From the NCBI GenBank assembly GCA_043228905.1, contig JBHGNT010000011.1, forward strand, positions 10,974,001 through 11,038,000: a DNA stretch of 64,000 nt. The letters run 5' to 3'. Positions 23,170 to 36,799 of this stretch are shown one piece after another (the first letter of the stretch is position 1; each line of letters opens with the position of its first letter). Under the pieces are notes generated by a model. The model saw only the letters and a list, made by a program, of their open reading frames with translations, was not told the DNA's origin and did no database searches. This DNA is from Azolla caroliniana. Taxonomy: Eukaryota; Plantae; Polypodiophyta. The translations under genes were made by a program, and so were the position numbers.

Positions 23170-24572
23170 CCTGCGCCACGCAAATGGGTGAACGTCCACA
23201 TGATTTTCGCCGAAGGACCATGCCGCGGAGAACGTGCTATTTGGCGAGTCAAAAAAGCAGTCACAAATGCCCAAGGTTGGCACAAAGGTGCCACTAGCTT
23301 CTGGGTCCCGAAACGAAGCCGGCTTCCCACTCGCGACCATAGCACGATTGCACGGGACACCTGACAACTGCACACATCGGCCAAATACCCCGCCCAGGTT
23401 AAGGCCATAGACCCCGACCAGACTCAACAACTAGGAGGTCGAATGCCCCATAAAACTACCTCACAGGCCCCCCTTTTCCCCTTGGAAAGGACGTCACGGG
23501 TTTGAATCCTAAAAAGTATACAAAGACCCTCAGACAACACTCGAACAACACACCCCCCACACCCGCCCCCTCAATTCCACCCAAAAACCACTAAATTTCC
23601 CAAACTCTCACGAAACCCCCCTATGGACTCCCAACCCACCCTACCATCCACATATAAACCTTGGCCCAACACACATTCTGTTAACCCCTCCCCCTACCTT
23701 ATGTCACTCCGCTCAGCAACTACTCTACCCATCTTCTCCCCCGAACTCCGTTACCATGCCTGGTAGACAATAATCCCCGCCCGCAATTTTACATTTTTTC
23801 GGTATAAGTATTAGTATTTACAATCTTGGAGTTACCCTTTAATTTTAGTGGCACCTCAGGCGATTATTTCTACTTGTGGTCTATCTATTTTTGTTCATCT
23901 CGTTCTTTTACGTATTATTTTGCATGGTAGTTTTATGTCCTCTCTTTTTTGCCTTCCTTTCCCTGCTCATCTTTCCCCCTCATGACTCTTTCTTCTCCTT
24001 CACTACTCTTCCTCCTCCCTCTGTGATTGCGCTCGAGACCCTCTCGCGTTGCACGTTTCCCTCGTTTTGTGTTTCATCGCCCTCCTCCCCACCTTCCGAG
24101 TGTCGCTTCTCGCCACTGCCTCCTCCTCGGTATTAGAGATCTAAGTACTAAAGTAAGCTTAAGATAAGGATAAAAAAATGATAGATAGAAAGGAGAAAGA
24201 GAAAGAAGGGTGCCGATCCACCCGACCACCCCCGAGCGAAGGGATCGAGACGGACTCGAGCCTCGATCGGCGTCCCATACCACCGCCGTGGCGTTGAGTC
24301 GTACTTGGTATTGGCGCGCTCGCTACAAGAGTTGACCCACCACAAGAGCAGAGTCTCGATGTAGTCAAAAAGATGATCCAATGAGGGTAGCTAGGCCTCT
24401 TATTTATAGCGATACCCAAGGCCCCCAGGCAAGTTCACACTTGACCTAATGGGTTGTCTCAATACCGAGGATTAAACGTAATCCTCCCCTTCTTTACACT
24501 CTCGTTTAACCCTCACACTTATCCATGTGTATAGAATACTACGGTAAATTCTCACCACGGGATATTAAATGG

Positions 24573-27500
24573 TCATGCCCGTAACATACTCCCCCTCTTT
24601 AAAACATTGCACTCTTGCAATGGAAAGTTAGGGAAATTAGTTCTGAGAGTATTTTCGTGTTCCCATGTGGCATCTTTTATTGATTTATCCATCCATTTTA
24701 TTTTAAATTCTAGGATTTCTTTAGTACGTAATTTTTTTGTTTTAACATCGAGAATTCTTTCTAGTACATGTGGTTTAGACGATAATTCTTCAGAAGTAAC
24801 CAGAGTTTCAGTTGTAACTGTATTGTCGCCAGAACCTAGAAGTTCTTTTAGACGACTCACATGAAAGACTGGATGAATTCCGACACCATCGGGAAGAGCG
24901 AGACGATAGGCTGATGACCCAATGCGTTTGAGGACTGTAAAAGGTCCACAAAACCGTGGGGCTAACTTAGCGCACTTACCCGTAGACAATGTCTTAGAAT
25001 TGTGAGGTACACGTAAAAATACCTTCTGTCCAGGGTTGAATACACGAGGTTGCCTATGATGATCGGCATAAAAACGCGCTCTATCTTGAGTTGTTTTTAT
25101 ATTATCTTGTGCAATATGCAACATATCTTGCATATCCCGAAGAAAGTTTTGCGTACTTCGCAACTCATCATGATGTATATTAACATCAATCGGGGCTCGT
25201 GGCTGAAAACCATACATCAACATAAAAGGACTATATCCCGTCGACGTATGCTTGGAGCTGTGATAAGCAAACTCCAAAATTGGGAGATAACGTTCCCATT
25301 TTGTTGGTTTTGCACCAACGTATGCTCGAAGCATGTCCTCAATAATTTGATTTACTCGTTCTGTCTGTCCATCGGATTGAGGATGATCCGTGGAGCTCAT
25401 GCTCAACGTAGTTTCTAACTTCTTAAAGACTTGCATCCAGAAGTCACTAGTAAACTTTGGATCTCGATCACTCACGATATCCATCGGTAACCCATAAAAA
25501 CGAAACAATTCGTCAATGAATTGGTAAGCCAATTCAAGAGTTGTTACCGTGGTTTTAGTAGCAATAAATCTGGCCATTTTAGTTAGTCGATCAACGACAA
25601 CCCAGATGGCATCATGACCTTTTTGGGTGCGAGGAAGGCTAACAATAAAATCCATGGATATACTTTCCCACTTATTATTGGGAATGTCCAAGGGATGTAA
25701 AAGTCCTGCGGCTTTAAGTCGCTCGACTTTGTTAACCTGACACTGGTGACATTTAGTCACATAGCTATGTATGTCGGGACGCATCTTAAGCCAATAAAAT
25801 TGAGTGGAGATGAGAATGAGTGTACGATGCATTCTAGGGTGCCCTGCTGAGGGTGCATCATGGCATTAAAAAAGAATCCTCTTTTTTACCTCGGGTAAAT
25901 CTGGAACACAAACCTTCCCATTACGGTAGAGCAAACCGTTAGCAATGTGGAAGTATTTCTTTGAGGATGTGGTGGTGTCTGTTCCAGACTCAACTCTTGC
26001 CCAGTATTTTGCAAAATAACTGTCATCAAGATACTTTCCTCGAAGGTGATCATAAAGATCTGATGTTATTTCAGTGAAGCTAAGCATGTTAACTTCACGG
26101 ATGCGGTTTAGTGCATCAACGACAGTGTTCATGGAACCTTTACGATATCGTATGGAAAAATCAAAGTTCTGGATAAGATCAACCCATCGTGCCTTACGAC
26201 CTTTCAGGTCTTGTTGGTCACAAAAATATTTCAAGGACTCGTGGTCCGTAGTTACCACAAAGAGATTTCCATAAAGATAATGGCGTCATGTTTTGAGCGC
26301 ATGTATAACTACAAATAATTCCTTTTCTTGAACGGTATACCAACATTGAGCAGAATCAAGTTTCTTACTCTCGAATGCTATTGGTTTACCATCTTGATAC
26401 AAGACAACACCTATAGATCGCTTGCATCGGTTTCAACCTCAAAAGGTTTTGAAGGATCAGGTAAAAGAAGTGAAGGAGCCTTGCAAACCAGGTCCTTGAG
26501 TTCCTTAAAGGCGAGGTCTAGTGTAGCATTCCACACAATAGGTTTTGTAGACTTACGCGTTTGACGTTTTAAAAGATCAGTAAACGGCGTCGTCAATTGG
26601 GAGTAATTACGAAGAGACTTTCGCAAAAACCCGACAAAACCAAGGAATGATCGAACTTCTCGAATATTCCGAAGAGTGGGCCAAAGCTTGATTTTCTCAA
26701 TGCGAGAAGGATCAATTTCAACTCCTCGTTCGGTTATGAGATGTCCTAGATAAGTAATTGATTTCTTGAAGAACTCACATTTTGAGATCTTTGCATAAAA
26801 CTGTTTGTCACACAATGTTTGTAAAACAAAGCGGACATGTCTAGCATGTTCTTGTAATATACGGCTATAAACTAAAATATCATCCAAGAAAATAACGACA
26901 AATTTTCCAAGTTGTTCTCAGAAAATGTCATTCATTTCTTGTTGAAAAGTAGCCAGAGCATTGGTCAAACCAAAAGGCATAACCAAAAACTCGTAATGGC
27001 CATAGCGCATACGAAATGCCGTTTTACGAACATCGTCCTCACTTATTCGTATTTGATGGTAGCCAGTACGGAGATCAAGTTTCGTAAAATACCGAGCTCC
27101 TTGGAGACAGTCAATTAGATCGTCAGCCCGGGGCAATGGGTACGAATTCTTGATCGTCACTTTATTCAAGCGTCGGTAATTAATACACATACGCCATGTG
27201 CCCTCTTTCTTTTTAACCAAGAGAACTGGTGCACCCCATGGAGATTTACTATAACGTATATAACCCATTCGTAAATAGTCCTTGAGTTGTTTAGATACCT
27301 CATCTTCTTCGGATTGACTTAAGCGATACGGAGGTATACTTATTGGTGCAACGCCAGGTACAATATCTATATGATGGTCTATATTACGTTTAGGAGGTAA
27401 CCCATCAGGTAGTTCACTTGGAAAAACATCATGAAAATCATTTAAGATTTCATCAAGTTGTTGTTGTTCAAAATATGTTAATTGAACCGAGACATTATCG

Positions 27501-28995
27501 ATATTATAAACGTGAATCTCTGGATCAAGTACACAATAAAATAGAGTAGAACAAGACAACTCAGATATTGATGGACACGAGGAAACAATCGAGAGGGATT
27601 GTTTTTTTACATATGGAATAAAATGCGTACAATCGTTCAGTACAAAAGAAATGGAATGACGAACCCAATCAATAAATAAAGAAGAGTTTTTATTATAAAA
27701 CCAGGGATAACCCAGTATTACATCGGTGGTACAAAGATTCATTACATGGAAGTCTATTTCCTCTATATAAGTATCAATAGAAATTCCTAATGAATGAATT
27801 GCCCCGTTAATGTATTGTACTCTTCCATCAGCCAAGTGCACCGTGTAGGTGTGATCACTTACGGTGGGGTTGGATTCCCCATATCTGAACCAAACGATCA
27901 TTCACAAAATTGTGTGAGCTTCCCGAATCAAATAAAAATTGTACGGGAGATCCATTGATATACCTGTTTGCACGTAGTAAATCATTGGGACCCAATACAT
28001 AGTGAGGGAAAGAACATTGACAATTACTTAAATGATGTGTATAGACCTGAAGGACATTAGGAATCTGACCTTTATGGTCTGCAGCTTTAGCTTTGTTGTC
28101 GTGCTCTTTCCATTGGAGCTTTCGACATTGATATTTTGTATGACCCTTCTTTTTGCAGAATACACAAAAAGGATGTTGTCGCTTACAATCGCGATCCAGG
28201 AATTCGTTGGGTGTCTTGCGTTTCCCAACAAATTGCGACTGCTTAGTCCCGGGCGCTTCGTTGGGTTCGTTATGGTCCTTCTTCGAAGTGCGTTGATAGC
28301 GAAGAACTATTTCAACGGCCTCTTCGAAGGATTTTGGATCCTTATCGTGCATTATCCAGTGATAGTCTGAATTGGGGATGCCATTGACAAAACAAGAGCT
28401 TGTCCCCTTCTAGACCCGATTTTTGGATTTGGATTCTAGCATGGTGAACATAGTCTTCTAGCGAGGAAAATTTCCTGCTAAAGAGGTTCATTAAAGCTTG
28501 TGCTGCCTCGGTTCGAGAGGGAGGTTGTAGAAATTGGCCCTTAAAAACCGTGACCAAATCTGTCCAAGTATCGGGCAATTTCCCCGTTGTACGGAGCCCA
28601 TGCCAACAGGCGGCGGCCTTACGCCCGAGTTCTCGGCCGACATATGCAATCTTCGTACTATCTGGCGTGGGATAGAGCTCAAAATGAGACTCCCATCGTC
28701 CCAGCCATGTGCAGATTGCTTCTTCGTTTCTTTCCTTTTTGTCTCACGTAAATGGCTGAACGACAAACGATGGTTCACCTTGTCGCTCATCAGGTCTATT
28801 AGTCTCACGTTGTAGACTAATGACACGTGCCTCGAGAGCACTTTGAGATTGCCGAAGTTCGGTCATCTGTTGAGTGGTGAAACTAAGGTATTGGGTTATT
28901 TGTGCCAAATACATCTCAGTGGACATTTGTCCAAGAGGATTCCCTTGAGTTCCTTCCGGTTGAGCGGATGACATCGAGTCGTTAATTTGAGCCAT
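24573..28995 (-). pseudogene. gag-pol: Element F gag-pol (gag, PR, RT, RH, INT, chromodomain), disrupted
   Basis: [70 protein letters not shown]...KW....DATWE. Confidence 0.93.
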
Positions 28996-30169
28996 TAAAG
29001 ATTATTTCTGGAAAAGAAATAGGATAAGGTCAGAGAGATAGTCATAACATCATGTCGTGATGTAAACATATCATGGGCAAACATTAATCGATATCATGAC
29101 CTCACGTCAATACCCCTCTAGACGTATGAGATGAGGTTCAAGATCAGGTTACTATGGTAACACAAAGGTGTTTTAAAAACCATGGGGGTGACAAATAAAT
29201 GTCTTTCCCTGATCTCTATATCGATTTTTTCATGGTGGCTCCCCGAGGCTCAACCATGTATGTTCGCGTCATGAATAGTTTATACACGAAAAAATGTTAA
29301 CAATAAACTATATTTCGGTGCCCACATATGTGGTTTCGGCTCTTTAAGTCCTATTACGAGGACCCCGAGGTGCACTTAGACCTTAAGTCTAAACATGTGT
29401 TATATTCATATGTATCAAGGATGTTGTATGGTCTTGGTCATATTTGAACTCGAGACCTCGAGAACAAATACATTAAACACTTGAGCCAACCAAGTAAGTT
29501 GCTCTTCTCGAATGCTTAATGTTTGATGCGTATAAGAGATATGCGAGGCAATTGATCATATATGTTTTTCTTAAAAGAACATAGATGTCAAGGGTCCTTA
29601 TTTCGCCCTCATTTACCAAAACTATGTTGGTACCAAAACTAAACCTCAAGTCTCGTAATTACGATGGCATACGCCAAAGTGCAACCTAATGGTCAAGCCA
29701 AATGAGCCCTCGTTTCGTAGTAGGCTCACGTGGCCCATCACATGGTCACGTCATTACGAATGCCTCTCGTAAGAACGAGCTCATGGTGGCATCGTATCCA
29801 TGTAACAAGGGAGGGATGTTGGATACGTGTGTCATTGGAGCGACCTCACTTGAAGTGGGTCAAGCCCTACGTACTCAGCATCATTATGGCTATAGGCGTT
29901 TCTTTACGTAACGAAATCGAGGTCATCAACGGGGTTGTCAACAATAAAAAATTGTTGAAAAAGGGATGGTGACAACGCCTTTCTCACAAAAATGTGAGGA
30001 CGGCCACCACATCCTTTTCCCGACAAGGACAACTTTCGATATAATCACGTAATAACGAATATACACATATGTTTACTTATCACATATATACGATCAAATA
30101 CGTATATACGTGACCACATATGCCTATATTAAACATATCGTTATATTAAATAGCCACAAATGGTGTGAT

Positions 30170-30440
30170 CGAGATACGTAATCGAGGTATATACCTCTAC
30201 GCACACGAAACATCCTCAAATAAGAGATCATCGTAATACGCAATTGAGGTATTGACCTCTTACACATACGAGACCAACTGCATATCGTTTACAACAAATC
30301 AAGGTATTAAACTCATACGCAAACGTAACATATGTTCATGAACGTAATACGTAATTGAGGTATTAACCTCGTACGCATACGACACTCATCACATATTATT
30401 AATATGTTAAACGAGGTATTGACCTCGTGCACATATGTAA
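30170..30440. repeat. Five degenerate ~55-60 bp tandem units with hairpin core GAGGT-N4-ACCTC in the F 5' leader
   Basis: Cores near 30185, 30247, 30301, 30357 and 30413. Confidence 0.7.
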
Positions 30441-30769
30441 ACGTTTTAGATAATCAATTAAAGACCACTACAACATCATTGACTTAATGAAAAAAATTGA
30501 CATATAAACTAAACACATGATTAGATGGGAGAAGAGAGAATAGAAATTTTTTTTTTGGAAAGAGTTACCGAAGTTCTTTGTTGATCGTTGTCTGGATCAA
30601 GGCCGACTGCACATTGATCGATCAGCATCAATCAAAACACAAATGAAAAACAAAGAAACATTAGTACATAAATCTGATACCAAATATTAGAGATCTAAGT
30701 GTTGGGATTACGGTCCCTCCGGATGGGATGGTCGGATGTCCAGGAATCGGGAATGAAGACCCGAATGAG

Positions 30770-30910
30770 GAGTACCCGGTATCGGAGCCGGATGATGAAG
30801 GCCCAGTTCCGGAGCCGGATGATGAAGACCCGGTTCCGGATCCGGATGATGAAGACCCCGGCTACGGAGCCGGATGATGAAGACCCCGGCTACGGAGCCG
30901 GATGACGAAT
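30770..30910 (+). repeat. ~27-28 bp tandem repeats (GCCGGATGATGAAGACCC...) in G U3; one unit fewer at 35575-35685
   Basis: Directly visible tandem array inside both LTRs. Confidence 0.9.
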
Positions 30911-31419
30911 GTACCCGGAGAGAGATCCGGATGCGGGGACATATTTGTGAATATGTTTGCCAAGGGCCCGTGAGGCTATATTTGTAAAAAGCCCGAAAGT
31001 CATATGTGTATAAATATGACTTAGGGCAAACAGTTTTGTGGTTGTTGCTCATTTTTTCTGTTTTCCACTTAGAGGGAGCGAAGTGAGAGCAGAGAGAGAG
31101 AGTGAGAGAGAGAGAAAGGAAGAGGTCGACGCCTCTGTGTAATACCGCCGCCTGTGGCGAGGACAACGAGCTCAAGGTCGTCGCCCTGCAGCTCGCCATT
31201 GTACATTCCCTGCGTATAGTGATAGTTGGAGTCTTGCACTCCCGTGGTTTTTTCCTGTCTAGGGTTTTCCACGCTAAACCGTGTGCATTCGAGTCTCTCT
31301 CTGTGTTTTTCGATTTTCTGCTGCATTGATTCGTGTTTCCTCGGTTGTGGTCGAGAGGTGAAGAAATTGAAAGCGTCAATTTCTAACAATCTGGTATCAG
31401 AGCGACTGTAGTGCAGAAA

Positions 31420-34400
31420 ATGGAAGGCGGCAGCATCGGGCAGCCGGTGATGATGGTGCTGAATGCGCAGAACTACGCCGACTGGAAGATAAAGATGGAG
31501 GATCTGCTCATTGTTCGGGACCTGTATGAACTGATCGACAGGTCGGAAATACCCAAGGGGGTACTTGAGACGGAATGGAGGCTTCTGAACCGGAAAGCCG
31601 TTGCAACCATTCGGCAATACGTCGACGTGAGCGTTCTACAACATGTGGCGAACGACACCAACGCATATGAGATGTGGCAGAAGCTGTCGGGCCTCTACGA
31701 GAGGAAGAATGCGTTGAACCGAACCTCCCTGATGAGGAAGATAGTGAACCTCAAGTACCGGGACGGCGAGAGTATGGTGGAACACGTAAGCACGTTCATG
31801 GGATTCGTGAACCAGCTTGCGGCGATCAAGTTCCCGTTGGAGGATGCAATGCAAGCCATCATCCTGATGTGTACATTGCCGGAAAGCTAGGAGAACTTGG
31901 TGGTGACTCTCAGCACCTCCTGCACCGAAGATAACTTGTCCCTACAAACGGTAAAGACAAGCATTTTGAACGAAGAAGCGCGTCGGAGAGATAAAGAACC
32001 GGCCTCCGATCCGAAGATGCTGCTTATCGAATCGGATCGGGGAAGACAACGGAACCGGAGTCCGCAAAGACGGGAGAAGTCGGGGACCCGGTCGCAGTCA
32101 AGAGGAAGGCCCACATGCTTCCACTGTGGGAAGCCGGGGCACTTCCGAAAGAATTGTCGGCATTACCGAAAAGACAACGGAGCCGACGACACCGATTCGA
32201 AGAAGTCTTCGGAACGGAACAATGCTTACCGGGGAGCCACGGACCGGAATGGTTCGGATCGGCGAGAGCAGGACCGGAAAGGAACGACGGCACTCGCGGC
32301 AAGTGAAGAGGAGATCATGCTCATCACCGAAGAAGGTGAACTAAACATTGCCGGCGATGAGACTACCTGGGTGGTCGATTCCGGAGCGTCGTTCCACCTG
32401 ACCCCGGAAAGAAGATACTTCTCATCCTACACAGTCGGTGAGCATGGCTGTGTTCGGATGGGAAATGAAGGTACGTGCCGGATTGCCGGCATAGGAGACG
32501 TGTGGTTGACAACCTCGACCGTATGCAAAATGTTGCTGAAGGATGTCCGACACGTTCCGGAGGTTCGATTGAACCTGATTTCGGCCGGGAGGCTAGACGA
32601 TGAAGGCTACACAGGTAGCATCCGGAACGGCATAATGAAGTTCAGCAAGGGGAGCCTGATAGTGGCTCGGGCCCGGAAAGTCAACACACTGTACCTTATG
32701 AGTGCCTGGTTGTGTCCGGAGGAGTTGAACGTGGCAGCTGACACTGCCGGTGAGCTGTGGCACAAGAGACTGTGCCACATGAGTGAGAAGGGGATGAAGA
32801 GGCTTGCAGAAGACAACCTTATTCCAGTGAAGCATGTGCACCTGGAGAAGTGCACCGATTGCCTGGCCGGTAAGCAGAACCGAACCTCCTTCCACTCAAG
32901 GCCACCGATGAGACGTAGCGCACCATTGGAGTTGGTGCACACTGACGTGTGTCAAGTAGAAACGAAGTCACATGGCGGAGCCTAGTACTTCGTGACATTC
33001 ATTGATGACCACAGCCGGAAGCTGTGGACGGCACCGTTGAAGACAAAGGACCAAGTGTTGTGCGTCTTCAAAGAACTCCACGCGAGAGTGGAAAGGGAAT
33101 CCGGCAAGAAGCTGAAAGCGATACGAGCGGATAACGGAGGGGAATACCGGGGGCAGTTCGAGGAGTATTGTCGCTCGAAGGGTATCCGGCTCGAGTTTAC
33201 TGTGCCGAAGACGCCGAAACTGAACGGGCTGGCCGAGAGGATGAACCGGACCATAATGGAGAGGGTCCGGAGTATGCTGGCGCATGCGAAATTACCCAAG
33301 GGGTTTTGGGCTGAGGCAATGTCGACGGCGACATACGTGATAAACAGATCACCCTCAGTACCTTTGGACGGAGACACGCCGCAGAGAGTGTGGACCGGTA
33401 GGGAAGTATCCTACCGGCATCTGAAGGTGTTCGGGTGTCTCACATATGTGCATGTGGCAAAGGACCGGAGAGGAAAGCTAGATCCAAAGACCCGGCCATG
33501 CATATTCCTCGGTTACGGCGATGACGAGTTCGGCTACCGTGTATGGGACCCGGTCGACAAAAGGATATTCCGGAGTCGTGATATCATCTTCATGGAGGAC
33601 AAGACACTCGCCGACTGGGAGTCGGAGAAGAAGATGAAGAGCTCCAAGTCGACCAGTGAGGATCAACCCTACGAGGAGCAGTCCCGACCGGCAAGGGACC
33701 GGTTAGCACTCGAGGATCCGGCCGAAGACGGTGAAGAAACAGAACCGGCCGAGGAAGATGAAACTGATACCGGAACCGGCCCCGATCCCGAAATGGATTC
33801 GGATGAAGAGGAAACGGAGGAGCCGGTTACCGAAGCTCCGGAACGGAGATATCCTCTAAGAGAGAGAAGGGCCCCCCGGAGATTTCGGGAACCAGAGCAC
33901 GTACTGCTAACCGACGAAGGGGAGCCGGAGAGTTTTGAAGAAGCAAAGCTTGACACCCATAGCCGCAGGTGGTTAAGTGCCATGCAGGAGGATATGGATT
34001 CCCTGCATGAGAACCACACATATGAACTTGTGGAGTTGCCGAAAGGAAAGCGGGCACTTCGAAACAAGTGGGTGTTCAAGCTGAAACCGGGAGATGCCGG
34101 AAACCTCCCGAGATACAAAGCCAGGATCGTGGTGAAGGGGTTCCAGCAGAAGAAGGGCGTCGACTTCGACGAGATATTTGCCCCAGTAGTGAAGATGACC
34201 TCCATCCGGACGGTGCTGAGCATAGCGGCAAGCATGGACCTCGAGGTAGAACAGATGGACGTGAAGACGGCATTCCTTCACGGTGACCTCAAAGAAGAGA
34301 TCTACATGCAGCAACCGGAAGGATTCGAGAAGAAAGGGAAGGAGCACCTGGTATGCCGGTTGAAGAAGAGCCTTTACGGACTGAAGCAGGCTCCCCGGCA

Positions 34401-35493
34401 ATGGTACCGGAAGTTCGACTCTTTCATGACCGACGAAGGGTACCACAAAACGCAGTCCGATCACTGCGTGTTTGTGAAGAAGTTCGAAGGAGGAGACTTT
34501 CTAATACTCCTCCTGTACGTGGACGACATGTTGATCGTCGGACGGGACCAGGTCAAGATACGGATGCTGAAGAAAGCGCTTCACCGAACCTTCTCAATGA
34601 AGGACCTGGGTCCGGCGAGGCAAATACTAGGGATGCACATCATCCAGGACCGGAAGAAGAAGCAGTTGTGGCTGTCACAGGAGAAGTACGTGACAAAGGT
34701 GCTTCACCGGTTCAACATGTCGGAAGCAAGACCGGTCGGGTCAACCCTCCCGGCAAACTGCAAGTTGTCCAGCAAGCAAAGCCCCAAGACAAAGGCTGAG
34801 AAGGAGGACATGATGAAAGTACCATATGCCTCTGCCGTCGGAAGCTTGATGTACGCAATGGTGTGTACAAGACCGGACATAGGATATGCAGTCGGAGTGG
34901 TGAGCCGGTACATGAGCAATCCCGGCAAAGAGCACTGGAACGCGGTCAAGTGGATACTCCGATACCTGAAGGGCACGACAAATGTGTGCCTCCGATTCGG
35001 CTCCGGTAAGCCCGAACTCGACGGCTTTACCGATTCGGATATGTCGGCTGATGCAGATACCAGCCGGTCCACATCAGGGTATGTGATGACGTATGCAGGG
35101 GGAGCTGTTTCGTGGCAGTCGAGGCTGCAGAAGACGGTTGCATTGTCAACCATGGAGGCGGAGTACATGGCGACTGTTGAAGCCGGCAAGGAAATGATAT
35201 GGATGAAGGACTTCATTAGAGAGCTCGGTATCCGGCAGGAGGAGTACCGACTCTACTGCGACAGTCAGAGTGCCATCCACCTTGCGAAGAACGCGGCCTA
35301 TCACTCCCGGACGAAGCACATCCAGCGAAGATATCACTGGATCCGGGAAAGGATAGAAGACCAGGAGTTCGTGCTGACGAAGATCCACACGGACGAGAAC
35401 GGGTCAGATATGCTGACCAAAGTGCTCACACCCGACAAGCTGGAAGCGTGCCGGAAGAGGGTCGGACTGGAAAGACATCCCATGCCGAAGTGA
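31420..35493 (+). pseudogene. gag-pol: Element G gag-pol polyprotein, single frame with two premature TAGs (31888, 32983)
   Basis: CFHCGKPGHFRKNC, WVVDSGAS, LWHKRLCH, LELVHTDV, LLLYVDDML, FTDSD; copia order PR-INT-RT-RH. Confidence 0.96.
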
Positions 35494-36799
35494 AGGGGGA
35501 GTTTGTTGGGATTACGGTCCCTCCGGATGGGATGGTCGGATGTCCGGGAATCGGGAATGAAGACCCGAATGAGGAGTACCCGGTATCGGAGCCGGATGAT
35601 GAAGGCCCGGTTCCGGAGCCGGATGATGAAGACCCGGTTCCGGATCCGGATGATGAAGACCCCGGCTACGGAGCCGGATGACGAATGTACCCGGAGAGAG
35701 ATCCGGATGCGGGGACATATTTGTGAATATGTTTGCCAAGGGCCCGTGAGGCTATATTTGTAAATAGCCCGAAAGTCATATGTGTATAAATATGACTTAG
35801 GGCAAACAGTTTTGTGGTTGTTGCTCATTTTTTCTGTTTTCCACTTAGAGGGAGCGAAGTGAGAGCAGAGAGAGAGAGTGAGAGAGAGAGAAAGGAAGAG
35901 GTCGACGCCTCTGTGTAATACCGCCGCCTGTGGCGAGGACAGCGAGCTCAAGGTCGCCGCCCTACAGCTCGCCATTGTACATTCCCTGCGTATAGTGATA
36001 GTTGGAGTCTTGCACTCCCGTGGTTTTTTCCCGTCTAGGGTTTTCCACGCTAAACCGTGTGCATTCAAGTCTCTCTCTGTGTTTTTCGATTTTCTGCTGC
36101 ATTGATTCGTGTTTCCTCGGTTGTGGTCGAGAGGTGAAGAAATTGAAAGCGTCAATTTCTAACACTAAGTACTAAAGTAAGCTTAAGATAAGGATAAACA
36201 AATGATAGATAGAAAGGAGAAAGAGAAAGAAGGGTGCCGATCCACCCGACCACCCCCGAGCGAAGGGATCGAGACGGACTCGAGCCTCGATCGGCGTCCC
36301 ATACCACCGTCGTGGCGTTGAGTCGTACCTGGTGCTGGCGCGCTCGCTACAAGAGTCGACCCACCACAAGAGCAGAGTCTCGATGTAGTCAAAAAGATGA
36401 TCCAATGAGGGTAGTTAGGCCTCTTATTTATAGCGATACCCAAGGCCCCCAGGCAAGTTCACACTTGACCTAATGGGTTGTCTCAATCCCAAGGATTAAA
36501 AGTAATCCTCCCCTTCTTTACACTCTCGTTTAACCCTCACACTTATCCACGTGTATAGAATACTACGGTAAATTCTCACCACGGGATATTAAATGGTCAT
36601 GCCCGTAACACTCGGGTAGGTCTAACAATTTGTTTTTTGCTCGCTCTTCCTACGCTCTCGGCCCCTGCCAACACCACAACCCTAACCACCTCCTGTGGAG
36701 GCCACGACGACTACCGCATTGTTTCAGCCACCCTCTTGTCCCTAGCGGTCACATCTAGCCACTGCACACGCGGCCTGGTCGCCTCCCCTCACAGCTCTC

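Larger units (their letters stand above)
30700..36164 (+). mobile_element. Element G: young full-length Ty1/copia (Tork/Tnt1-like)
   Basis: LTRs 30700-31388 and 35504-36164; perfect TSD CTAAG; PBS TGGTATCAGAGC 31392-31403; PPT 35492-35501. Confidence 0.97.
24131..36610 (-). mobile_element. Element F: chromovirus (Ty3/gypsy, iMet-primed, C-terminal chromodomain)
   Basis: 3' LTR 24131-24586; 5' LTR 30685-30699 plus 36170-36610. Perfect TSD CTCGG; PBS TGGTATCAGA 30673-30682; PPT 24587-24600. Confidence 0.95.

Noticed and set aside
30770-30910. CRISPR-like regular repeats (also 11160-11430, 35575-35685, 30170-30440)
   Set aside because: They are tandem units without unique spacers, lie inside LTRs or leaders, have no cas genes nearby and sit in a eukaryotic context.
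30708-31379. 223-aa and 273-aa antisense ORFs in the G LTRs
   Set aside because: They are duplicated only because the LTRs are duplicated, include microsatellite-encoded runs and show no domain.
31888-31890. Programmed stop read-through in copia G
   Set aside because: The TAG replaces a conserved Trp in the LPxSW gag motif, so simple mutation is the more likely explanation.
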